DNA of 64,000 bases, from the NCBI GenBank assembly GCA_001770655.1, contig MERQ01000001.1, forward strand, positions 32,739 to 96,738, in the 5' to 3' direction. The notes under the pieces were generated by a model. The model searched no databases. It was not told the DNA's origin and saw nothing but the letters and a program-made list of their open reading frames with translations. The stretch comes from Betaproteobacteria bacterium RIFCSPLOWO2_12_FULL_68_20 (lineage in GTDB: Bacteria > Pseudomonadota > Gammaproteobacteria > Burkholderiales > SG8-39). Of the stretch, positions 27,341 to 34,778 are shown piece after piece. The position numbers and the translations under genes were made by a program. Position 1 is the first letter of the stretch. The number at the start of each line of letters is the position of its first letter.

Positions 27341-27511
27341 TTTCGGTTTTCTCCGATCTCGTCATTTCCGCGCCTTTTGTCTTTGCGGAAATGACGAGAC
27401 CTTGGTGCCGTCGCATAGCGAAGGCGCTCGCAGAGAAGCGACCGCCCCAAGGTCTCGCGACTTCCGGAAAAGAAAAGGCCCGGAAGTCGCGAGATCGATG
27501 AAAGGCAAACC
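27341..27511 (-). repeat. 171-bp double-hairpin intergenic repeat, copy A (inverted relative to copies B and C)
   Basis: Two perfect 15-bp stems: TCTCGTCATTTCCGC/GCGGAAATGACGAGA (27357-27399) and TCTCGCGACTTCCGG/CCGGAAGTCGCGAGA (27453-27494). An 11-bp outer stem CGAGACCTTGG/CCAAGGTCTCG is also present. It fills the gap between two convergent stop codons. Confidence 0.9.
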
Positions 27512-27514
27512 GGT

Positions 27515-28483
27515 CTACCGCTTCGCCGGCTCGCAGTAAGCTTCGTACAGCAGGTCGAAGGTCATTTCCGCCTCGCCGAGAAGCTCGTCCTCGCCCGCCG
27601 AGCGGCGCAGCGCCCCCTGCAGCAGCGTCTGCACGCCCGCCGCCTCGGGAACCGGCGCACCGCGCGCCTCCAGGAAGTGCACGATGCCGCCGATTTTCCC
27701 GAGCGCGAGATTCTTCGCCATGTCGAGCCGAGCGAGCATCTCCTCGAAGGTCACGCGGGTCGCGCTGTTGGCGAAACGCGCTCCGTCGAAGGCGAAGCCG
27801 ACGGCGCCCGAAGGCACGTCCTGGGTCTTGTCGAGCCACACCAGCGTCGCCTCGGGATCCACGAAGCGCCGGATCAGCCAGGCGCACGCCAGCCGGTCGG
27901 CCCACAGGGGTTTGCGCGTCGCCCAGGTGCGCCCGAGGAGCTTCTCGCCGGGCCCGATCGCGGCCTGGGTCTGCGCCGGGAACAGGAGCTTGCGCACCGC
28001 GGCTTCCGCCTCGGCGAGCGCCTCGCGCGCGCGATCGCGCGCCGCGGTCGGAAAGAAATCGAGCGCCGTGATGGCCTCGAAATCGCGCCGCTGCTTGTGC
28101 AGCACGCGCGAGATCGCGCCCGGATCGGACACGCCGTAGCCGACGCGCAGGCTTACCACGGTCTTCACCAGCTCCTGGTAGCGCGCCGTGCGGTCGAACA
28201 GCTTCCTCAGGGCCTCCTGCTGCGCCGGGGAGGTCGCGTCTGCGAGCAGCATGTGGGCGCTCCCGGCGCCCTTGGCGACGTATTCGGACAGGCTCTCGAG
28301 CGCCCGCCGGTTCATCGGCGTGTCCGGCAGCACGTACACGCCCTCGCGCATCACCGCGGCGCCCAGCGACTCCAGCGTGCGCAGCACCTTCATCCTGCTT
28401 GCCGGGTCGTCGGTCGGCAGTGCCGCGACGCACAACAGCCAGCGGCTCGCCGGATCGCGCTGATCGGCAGGTGTTCTTGGCAC
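27515..28483 (-). CDS. ChrB-family protein (chromate-resistance regulator-like)
   Basis: WLLCVAALPTDDPASRMKVLRTLESLGAAVMREGVYVLP and TWATRKPLWADRLACAWLIRRFVDPEA match the two ChrB domains as recalled. The GTG start at 28483 is inferred. Confidence 0.75.
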   Translation of the reverse strand: MPRTPADQRDPASRWLLCVAALPTDDPASRMKVLRTLESLGAAVMREGVYVLPDTPMNRRALESLSEYVAKGAGSAHMLLADATSPAQQEALRKLFDRTARYQELVKTVVSLRVGYGVSDPGAISRVLHKQRRDFEAITALDFFPTAARDRAREALAEAEAAVRKLLFPAQTQAAIGPGEKLLGRTWATRKPLWADRLACAWLIRRFVDPEATLVWLDKTQDVPSGAVGFAFDGARFANSATRVTFEEMLARLDMAKNLALGKIGGIVHFLEARGAPVPEAAGVQTLLQGALRRSAGEDELLGEAEMTFDLLYEAYCEPAKR

Positions 28484-28603
28484 GCGATGGCGAGTGTAAC
28501 AGCCTGAATCAGGGCCCCTTATCGGCAAATCAGAACATCGGCTTTGCGGTGCGCTGCGCGCCTGCCGACAATAACGCGCTGTTCTAACGATATTCGAAAT
28601 CGA

Positions 28604-29821
28604 ATGCCCGGCCTCGTTAAGCCCCACGGCGGCGGCCCGCTCAAGCAGCTGATGCTCGCGGGAGAGGCGCTGCGCGCAGAGCGCGCGCGCGCGAAGACCC
28701 TGCCGCAGGTGCGCGTCAGCTCGCGCGAGAAGGGCGACCTCATCATGCTCGGCATCGGCGGCTTCACGCCGCTCGACGGGTTCATGACCCGCGCCGACTG
28801 GGAGGGCGTGTGCGACGGCTGCCGCACGGCGGCGGGGCTGTTCTGGCCGATCCCGATCACGCTTTCCACCGACACCGGCACCGCGGCCGCCTTCAGGACC
28901 GGAGCCGACATCGCGCTGGTGGACGCCGAAGACGGCGAGACGCTCGCCACCATGACCGTCACCGAGAAGTACGCGATCAACAAGGCGCACGAATGCGCGA
29001 CCGTGTTCCGCACCACCGACGCGACGCATCCGGGCGTGCAGATGGTCATGGCGCAGGGCGAGGTGAACCTCGCGGGTTCGGTCAAGGTGCTCTCCGACGG
29101 CGGCTTCAAGGCGCGCTACGGCGCGCTGTTCATGACCCCCGCCGAGACGCGCGCCGAGTTCGAGCGCCTCGGCTGGTCGCGCGTCGCGGCGTTCCAGACG
29201 CGCAATCCCATGCACCGCTCGCATGAGTACCTCGCCAAAGTGGCGATCGAGACCTGCGACGGCGTGCTGGTGCACTCGCTGCTCGGGAACCTGAAGCCGG
29301 GCGACATTCCCGCCGAGGTGCGCACCAGGGCGATCTCGGTCCTGATCGAGAAATACTTCCTGGCCGCCACGGTGGTCCAGGCGGGCTATCCGCTCGACAT
29401 GCGCTACGCGGGGCCGCGCGAGGCGCTGCTGCACGCGCTGTTTCGCCAGAACTACGGCTGCTCGCACCAGCTCATCGGGCGCGACCACGCGGGGGTGGGC
29501 AGCTACTACGGGCCGTTCGACGCGCACCGGATCTTCGACGAGATCCCGCACGACGCGCTCGAGACGCGGCCGATGAAGATCGACTGGACCTTCTGGTGCT
29601 ACAGGTGCGGCGGAATGGCCTCCGGACGCACCTGCCCGCACGAGGACAAGGACCGGCTGCTCGTCTCGGGCACCAAGCTGCGCAAGTGGCTCTCCGAGGG
29701 AAGCCCGGTGCCGGCCGAATTCTCGCGGCCGGAGGTGCTCGAGATCCTGCGCGAGTACTACGCCGGGCTGGAAGCGCACGAAAAGGTCGAAGTGAAGCTC
29801 GCGGGCCATTCCGCGCGCTAG
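28604..29821 (+). CDS. sat: sulfate adenylyltransferase (ATP sulfurylase)
   Basis: Motifs [13 protein letters not shown] and GRDHAGVG. 405 aa from the ATG at 28604. Confidence 0.9.
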   Translation: MPGLVKPHGGGPLKQLMLAGEALRAERARAKTLPQVRVSSREKGDLIMLGIGGFTPLDGFMTRADWEGVCDGCRTAAGLFWPIPITLSTDTGTAAAFRTGADIALVDAEDGETLATMTVTEKYAINKAHECATVFRTTDATHPGVQMVMAQGEVNLAGSVKVLSDGGFKARYGALFMTPAETRAEFERLGWSRVAAFQTRNPMHRSHEYLAKVAIETCDGVLVHSLLGNLKPGDIPAEVRTRAISVLIEKYFLAATVVQAGYPLDMRYAGPREALLHALFRQNYGCSHQLIGRDHAGVGSYYGPFDAHRIFDEIPHDALETRPMKIDWTFWCYRCGGMASGRTCPHEDKDRLLVSGTKLRKWLSEGSPVPAEFSRPEVLEILREYYAGLEAHEKVEVKLAGHSAR

Positions 29822-29834
29822 ATCCGAGGTAACG

Positions 29835-30578
29835 ATGCTCACAAACAATCCATTTGCCGCGTTGACCGATTTCCTGCCGGCGGCGGCCATGCAGGTCTAC
29901 GTCGTCCTGATGGCGTTTGCGGTGATCGCCGGAACGCTCGCCGACGTGGCTCACAAGGGCAGCGCCAGGTTCTTCGCGCAACGCAGGGAAGAGTCGCAGG
30001 CGCGCGCGAAGCGGCGGCTGGATGCCGGCGACACGATTTCGGCGGCGATCGCCACCGTCGCGGAGGCCTCCGTCTCGGGCGAGTTCTGCAAATGGCCGCG
30101 GCGGATCTCGCATCTGTTCATGATGTACGGGTTCTTCCTCTACATCGTCACGACCGTCCTGATGGTGTTCGCCTACACGGCGGCCGTCCTGCCGGCGCTG
30201 TGGACCCTGGGCGCGGTGATGATCCTCATCGGGGCGCTGTGGTTCTTCTTCTTCCTGCGGGTGAACGTCGCGTACGACGGCGCTTCGCCGTTTCACCTCG
30301 GCCGCGCCGACCTCTTCGTGGGCTCGCTCATCGTCAGCGTCGTGTTCGCGCTCGTCTGGCAATACATGCAGGCGAGCGGCGCCGGGGTGACCGCGGCCCG
30401 GATCGTGTTCGGGATCTACATCTTCTTCACGACGCTGCTCTTCGTTTCGGTGCCGTGGTCCAAGTTCGCCCACATGTTCTTCAAGCCGGCGGTGGCGTTC
30501 CAGAGAAGGATCGAGGAAGCCCAGGGCTCCTCCGATCTCCCCGGCCCGGCCGTCCAGAGCCACATCGTCAGGAGCTAG
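29835..30578 (+). CDS. aprM: APS reductase membrane anchor AprM
   Basis: 247 aa with about 5 TM helices, located between sat and aprB. This is the sat-aprMBA order known from Allochromatium-type sulfur oxidisers. Confidence 0.7.
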   Translation: MLTNNPFAALTDFLPAAAMQVYVVLMAFAVIAGTLADVAHKGSARFFAQRREESQARAKRRLDAGDTISAAIATVAEASVSGEFCKWPRRISHLFMMYGFFLYIVTTVLMVFAYTAAVLPALWTLGAVMILIGALWFFFFLRVNVAYDGASPFHLGRADLFVGSLIVSVVFALVWQYMQASGAGVTAARIVFGIYIFFTTLLFVSVPWSKFAHMFFKPAVAFQRRIEEAQGSSDLPGPAVQSHIVRS

Positions 30579-30580
30579 AG

Positions 30581-31021
30581 ATGCCGACCTACACCGACAT
30601 GACGAGATGCGACGGCTGCGGGGACTGCGTCGACATCTGCCCCTCGGACATCATGCACATCGACCCGGTGTACCGCCGCTCCTACAACATCGAGCCGAAC
30701 TTCTGCTGGGAGTGCTACTCCTGCGTGAAGGCCTGCCAGCAGCACGCGATCGACGTGCGGGGCTATGCGGACTTCGCGCCGCTGGGGCACAAGGTGCGGG
30801 TGCTGCGGGAACCGGAAAAGGGGTCGATCTCCTGGAAGATCAGGTACCGCGACGGGCGCATCAAGGAGTTCACGTTCCCGATCCGGACCACCCCCTGGGG
30901 CTCGATCAAGGCCGCGCAGGATTACGAGAAGCCGGACTTGAGCGCTCTCGGCTCGCCGCTGCTCGCGCACGAGCCCGAGGACCTGCACGTCGGCGCGCTT
31001 CCCACGATCAAGAAAGCTTAG
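30581..31021 (+). CDS. aprB: adenylylsulfate reductase beta subunit
   Basis: MPTYTDMTRCDGCGDCVDICPSDIMHID ... CWECYSCVKACQQHAI (two ferredoxin-type Cys clusters). 146 aa. Confidence 0.9.
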   Translation: MPTYTDMTRCDGCGDCVDICPSDIMHIDPVYRRSYNIEPNFCWECYSCVKACQQHAIDVRGYADFAPLGHKVRVLREPEKGSISWKIRYRDGRIKEFTFPIRTTPWGSIKAAQDYEKPDLSALGSPLLAHEPEDLHVGALPTIKKA

Positions 31022-31039
31022 AGAGAAGGCAATAAGGCC

Positions 31040-32890
31040 ATGGCCAGAAGAACCAGGTTCGTCGATTCGGACATCCTCATCGTAGGCGGCGGCTTCGGCG
31101 GCTGCGGCGCCGCCTACGAGTCGCGTTACTGGGGGCGGGATCTCAAGATCGTGCTGGTCGAGAAGGCCAATGTCGAGAGGAGCGGCGCCGTGGCGCAGGG
31201 ACTCTCGGCGATCAACTGCTACATGGGCATGCAGTGGGGCGAGAACCAGCCCGAAGACTTCGTGAAATACGCGCGCGGCGATCTCATGGGCCTCGTGCGG
31301 GAGGACCTCGTCTACGACATCGCCCGGCACGTGGACTCCACGGTGCACAAGTTCGAGGAGTGGGGCCTGCCGATCCTCAAGAACGCGAACGGCCGGTACA
31401 TGAGGGAAGGCAAGTGGCAGATCATGATCCACGGCGAGAGCTACAAGCCGCTCGCCGCCGAGGCGGCGAGGAAGTCCGCCACCGAGGTCTACAACCGGAT
31501 CATGGTGACGCACCTGCTGATGGACCAGAAGCGCCCCAACCGCATCGCGGGCGCCGTCGGCTTCAACGTGCGCAACGGCGATTTCTACGTCTTCAGGGCG
31601 AAGGCGGTGATCGTCGGCGCCGGCGGCGGCTCGCACATCTACCGGCCGAGGGCGGTCGGCGAAGGCATGGGAAGGACCTGGTATGCGCCGTGGAGCACGG
31701 CTTCGGCCTACGGTCTCATCATCCCGACCGGCGCCACGATGACGCAGATGGAGAACAAGATCGTTCTCACCCGCTTCAAGGACGGCTACGGTCCGGTGGG
31801 TGCCTGGTTCCTGCTCCTGAAGGCGGTGGCGACGAACGCCGCCGGGGAGTTCTACGAGAAGGACCGCTATCCCGAGATCAAGGAGCGCGTCGGGCACTAC
31901 GTGGACATCGTGCCGATGCCGACCTGCCTGCGCAATCACGCGATGCTGGAGGAGATCAAGGCCGGCAAGGGCCCGATCTACATGCATACGCAGAAGGTCC
32001 TCGACACCAGGGAGAAGGAGGAGATCGGCTGGGAGGATTTCCTCGACATGACGATCGGCCAGGCGGTCGTCTGGGCGGCGCAGAACATCGATCCCAAGGA
32101 AAAGCCCTCCGAGCTGATTACCTCCGAGCCCTACATCATGGGCTCTCACGCCACCTGTTCCGGTGCCTGGGCAAGCGGGCCGGAGGACTGCGCACCGGCC
32201 GAGTACCAGTGGGGCTACAACCGCATGACGACCGTCGAGGGCCTCTTCGGCGCCGGCGATACGATCGGCGGCTCCGCGCACAAATTCTCCGCCGGCTCCT
32301 TCACGGAAGGTCGGTTGGCTGCGAAAGCGGCCGTCCGATACGTCATGGATCGCAAAGAAGAGTCGCCCGAGGTCGACGACGACCACGTCGAGAGCCTCAA
32401 GCAGGCGGTATTCAAGCCGCTGGAAACCTACCGGGTCGGCAGGAACGAGATCGTCGCCGGGACCGTGGCGCCGGGCTACATCAACCCTCTCCAGGGCCTG
32501 CAGCGGCTCGAGAAGATCATGGACGAGTACGTGGGCGGCGTCGGCATGTTCTACGTCACGAGCGAGAACCTGCTCAACCGCGGCCTGGAGCATCTCGCCA
32601 TGCTGCAGGAGGATTTCGAGAAGATCGGCGCCGAGGACCTGCACCAGCTCCAGCGGGCCTGGGAGCTGCAGCACCGCATCCTGACCGGCGAGTCGGTGGC
32701 GCGGCACACGCTCTACAGGAAGGAAACCAGGTGGCCGGGCTACTACTATCGCGGCGACTATCCGAAGCTCGACGACAACGAGTGGCACTGCTTCACCGGA
32801 TCCGAATACGACCCCAGGTCACGCGAGTGGAAGATGTCGAAGCTTCCCGTTCACCGCATCGTCCCGGGCTTCGAGCTATTGCGAACCTGA
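31040..32890 (+). CDS. aprA: adenylylsulfate reductase alpha subunit
   Basis: FAD fold DILIVGGGFGGCGAA. 616 aa. C-terminal RKETRWPGYYYRGDYPKLDDNEWHCF. Confidence 0.9.
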   Translation: MARRTRFVDSDILIVGGGFGGCGAAYESRYWGRDLKIVLVEKANVERSGAVAQGLSAINCYMGMQWGENQPEDFVKYARGDLMGLVREDLVYDIARHVDSTVHKFEEWGLPILKNANGRYMREGKWQIMIHGESYKPLAAEAARKSATEVYNRIMVTHLLMDQKRPNRIAGAVGFNVRNGDFYVFRAKAVIVGAGGGSHIYRPRAVGEGMGRTWYAPWSTASAYGLIIPTGATMTQMENKIVLTRFKDGYGPVGAWFLLLKAVATNAAGEFYEKDRYPEIKERVGHYVDIVPMPTCLRNHAMLEEIKAGKGPIYMHTQKVLDTREKEEIGWEDFLDMTIGQAVVWAAQNIDPKEKPSELITSEPYIMGSHATCSGAWASGPEDCAPAEYQWGYNRMTTVEGLFGAGDTIGGSAHKFSAGSFTEGRLAAKAAVRYVMDRKEESPEVDDDHVESLKQAVFKPLETYRVGRNEIVAGTVAPGYINPLQGLQRLEKIMDEYVGGVGMFYVTSENLLNRGLEHLAMLQEDFEKIGAEDLHQLQRAWELQHRILTGESVARHTLYRKETRWPGYYYRGDYPKLDDNEWHCFTGSEYDPRSREWKMSKLPVHRIVPGFELLRT

Positions 32891-32911
32891 CCGCCCGAGC
32901 GATACGCGCGG

Positions 32912-33427
32912 GTGAGAATCTGCATCGTCTCGGATAGCCACGACCGCGCCGATGCGCTCGGTCGCGCCGTGCGCGAAGCGGCCGCGCAGGGTGCTCAGGC
33001 GGTGATCCACTGCGGCGACCTCATCGGCACGCAGACGCTGCGCCCGGCAATGGACGCCGGGCTCCCGATCCACGTCATCCACGGCAACAACCTGGGCGAC
33101 CCCAACTCGCTTTCGCGATGGGCGCACGAGAGCGGCGGCCGGCTGCGCTACCACGGCGCCGACGCCCGCGTCGAGCTCGGCGGACGGCGTATCTTCGTGG
33201 TGCACTACCCGGAGTACGGCTACGGCATGGCCTGCACGGGGGACTGGGATCTCGTGTGCTGCGGGCACTCGCATCACGCGGCCGTCGAGCGCGTGGCGAA
33301 CGTCAAGGGCGGTGCCACCTGGCTCGTCAACCCCGGGACGGTCGCGGGCCTTGCGGCGCCCGCAACCTGGATGCTGGGCGATCTTGCGGCGATGCGCTTC
33401 GAGATCCGCGAGCTCGGCACAGCCTAG
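32912..33427 (+). CDS. YfcE/MJ0936-family metallophosphoesterase
   Basis: MRICIVSDSHDR, HCGDL, GNN, CCGHSHH. The GTG start lies 21 nt after the aprA stop. Confidence 0.75.
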   Translation: MRICIVSDSHDRADALGRAVREAAAQGAQAVIHCGDLIGTQTLRPAMDAGLPIHVIHGNNLGDPNSLSRWAHESGGRLRYHGADARVELGGRRIFVVHYPEYGYGMACTGDWDLVCCGHSHHAAVERVANVKGGATWLVNPGTVAGLAAPATWMLGDLAAMRFEIRELGTA

Positions 33428-33520
33428 AAGCAGCTGATCAAGGACTGACTCTGTCGTCGTCCCCGCGCAAGCGGGGAACCGTTCTCGAGAACCCCGCCCG
33501 GGAAATCGCGCGGGGTTTTT
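33428..33520 (+). repeat. left copy of a ~93-bp direct repeat (aprA-like gene tail + CRISPR-repeat-like hairpin + terminator)
   Basis: AAGCAGCTGATCAAGGACTGA... aligns with 34997-35090 with about 5 mismatches. It starts at the first base after the phosphoesterase TAG. Confidence 0.9.
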
Positions 33521-33525
33521 GTTTT
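33492..33525 (+). terminator. intrinsic terminator inside the left direct repeat
   Basis: GC-rich stem CCCCGCCCG/CGCGCGGGG with loop GGAAAT, followed by TTTTTGTTTT. Confidence 0.6.
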
Positions 33526-33663
33526 GCCGTCGCCGGGCGCTTCAAGCTACCGGAGGGGCGGTTCGCATTGTCGCCTGTCGCCGCAATGCCTAAGATCGCG
33601 GCATGGACCGTTTCCACCGCTACTACACGCTGAAGCTCGACGCGGGGGTCATTAAGCGCCGCG

Positions 33664-33903
33664 GTGCGGAGTGCGCCGCGCGCATTTTCCGAGCCTGAGA
33701 TCCTCGTGGGCAAGCCGGTGGTGAAGGGCACGCGACTGTCGGTGGATCTGATTCTCGACCGTCTCGGTGACGGGTGGACGGCAGATGATCTGTTCAAATC
33801 CTATCCGCGCCTGACGCCCGAGGCGCTGCAAGCGGTATTCGCGTTTGCCGCCGAGGTGTTGAAGGATGAGGACTACGTCGCTCCTGCCAAAGCGGCGGCA
33901 TGA
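33664..33903 (+). CDS. DUF433-family antitoxin-like protein
   Basis: EPEILVGKPVVKGTRLSVDLILDRLGDGWTADDLFKSYPRLTPEALQAVFAFAAE fits the DUF433 pattern (GKP.I.GTR...YP.LT.E.I.AA..YA). The GTG start is uncertain. Confidence 0.6.
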   Translation: MRSAPRAFSEPEILVGKPVVKGTRLSVDLILDRLGDGWTADDLFKSYPRLTPEALQAVFAFAAEVLKDEDYVAPAKAAA

Positions 33904-33968
33904 AGCTGCGGCCGCTCGCCAACGATGTTTTTCCACGCCTTAGCGCCAGTTCGACGGCCGTAGTTTGA
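33900..33968 (+). pseudogene. possible truncated remnant of the DUF433 partner toxin (DUF5615-like)
   Basis: ATGA-coupled 22-codon ORF MKLRPLANDVFPRLSASSTAVV. It only weakly resembles the MKLL.DENFP start of DUF5615 proteins. Confidence 0.25.
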
Positions 33969-34021
33969 GTTCGGCGCGTGCTACGATGGTTTTTTCAGGC
34001 ATGGCAAGCCGTGGAGGCATC

Positions 34022-34345
34022 ATGGATGCGATTTCGGTGGAACAGCTCATCAGGAGTCCGGGCAAGCTGATCGAGGATGCCGAGAACGGTCAGCTTGCGG
34101 TAATCACCAAGGCGGGCCGCCCGCTGTTTCTCGCCGTGCCTTTCGACGCGCGCCTGGCCGGGGAGGATGTGCACGTCGTCGTCGCGGTGCGTCTGTACGA
34201 GAGCGACGCCGTGAGCCTCGGCAGGGGCGCGAGAATCGCGGGGCTCTCGATCAGCGAATTCATCGACCGGCTCGGTGCGCTGCAGATTCCCGTCATTCGC
34301 TATTCCGTCGAGGAGCTCGAGCGGGAGCTCGCCGCGTTTGGCTGA
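34022..34345 (+). CDS. antitoxin-like protein: Phd/YefM-like N-terminus fused to a UPF0175 domain
   Basis: ISVEQLIRSPGKLIEDAENGQLAVITKAGRPLFLAVP is Phd-like. AVRLYESDAVSLGRGARIAGLSISEFIDRLGALQIPVIRYSVEELERELAAF is UPF0175-like. Confidence 0.6.
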   Translation: MDAISVEQLIRSPGKLIEDAENGQLAVITKAGRPLFLAVPFDARLAGEDVHVVVAVRLYESDAVSLGRGARIAGLSISEFIDRLGALQIPVIRYSVEELERELAAFG

Positions 34346-34667
34346 AATCGTCGTCGCGGATGCGGGGCCGCTGATCGCGTTCGGACTGAAACTTTTGCCG
34401 CCCGATGTGGAGCTGGGGGAAGGAGAGGCGGTTGCAATCGCCTTGGCCGCTGGTCGTGGGCACGGCGTCCTGATCGACGAGAAACTCGGCCGCGCGGTGG
34501 CGGAGGGGCTCAGTCTCAAAGTCATCGGAACCGTGGGCGTTCTTCTCATCGCACGCAAGCGCGATCTGATTGCGGCGGTGAAGCCGTTGCTGGAGGACCT
34601 CAAGGCATCCGGGCATCGGCTGTCCGAGGATTTGGTTGTAGAGGCCCTTCGCCGTGCCGGTGAGTAG
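34338..34667 (+). CDS. DUF3368/PIN-like toxin, apparently internally shortened
   Basis: The TTG start overlaps the antitoxin stop. EIVVADAGPLIAF, then GEGEAVAIALAAGRGHGVLIDEKLGRAVAEGLSLKVIGTVGVLLIARKRDLIAAVKPLLEDLKASGHRLSEDLVVEALRRAGE (DUF3368 pattern). At 109 aa it is shorter than I recall for this family. Confidence 0.55.
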   Translation: MAEIVVADAGPLIAFGLKLLPPDVELGEGEAVAIALAAGRGHGVLIDEKLGRAVAEGLSLKVIGTVGVLLIARKRDLIAAVKPLLEDLKASGHRLSEDLVVEALRRAGE

Positions 34668-34693
34668 TTGCTCTGCCAACTTCGTCGAGATTG

Positions 34694-34777
34694 ATGGCAA
34701 ATCTTCTTCCACCCCTCAAACCGATCCCGATTAAGGAACGGCTGTCGGTTCTCTACATCGAGAAGGGCCATCTGGAC
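34694..34777 (+). pseudogene. cas1: cas1 (type I-E) 5' fragment, codons 1-28 only
   Basis: MANLLPPLKPIPIKERLSVLYIEKGHLD compares with the recalled E. coli Cas1 start MTWLPLNPIPLKDRVSMIFLQYGQIDV. The frame then runs directly into a CRISPR repeat. Confidence 0.7.
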
Positions 34778-34778
34778 G

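Noticed and set aside
30575-32788. 737-aa minus-strand ORF opposite aprB/aprA, and similar long antisense ORFs (38941..42072, 44502..46631, 46905..49604, 58956..60590, 62386..63990)
   Set aside because: Each is the mirror of a confidently identified gene (aprBA, PK-like/pap, valS, pepA/lptF, leuA, yihY-like). Each has a low-complexity Arg/Ala/Gly/His composition without motifs.
33425-33448. In-frame TAG-K-Q-L-I-K-D-TGA after the phosphoesterase gene as programmed stop-codon read-through
   Set aside because: The in-frame arrangement has a one-in-three chance. The six codons are explained as the duplicated aprA-like tail, and there is no read-through context evidence.
33600-33696. Small ORF MDRFHRYYTLKLDAGVIKRRGAECAARIFRA as a frameshifted N-terminus of the DUF433 gene
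   Set aside because: Both frames give an R(I/A)F-SEPEIL-like junction, so a frameshift cannot be shown from sequence alone. The 79-aa GTG-initiated ORF already has the normal DUF433 size.
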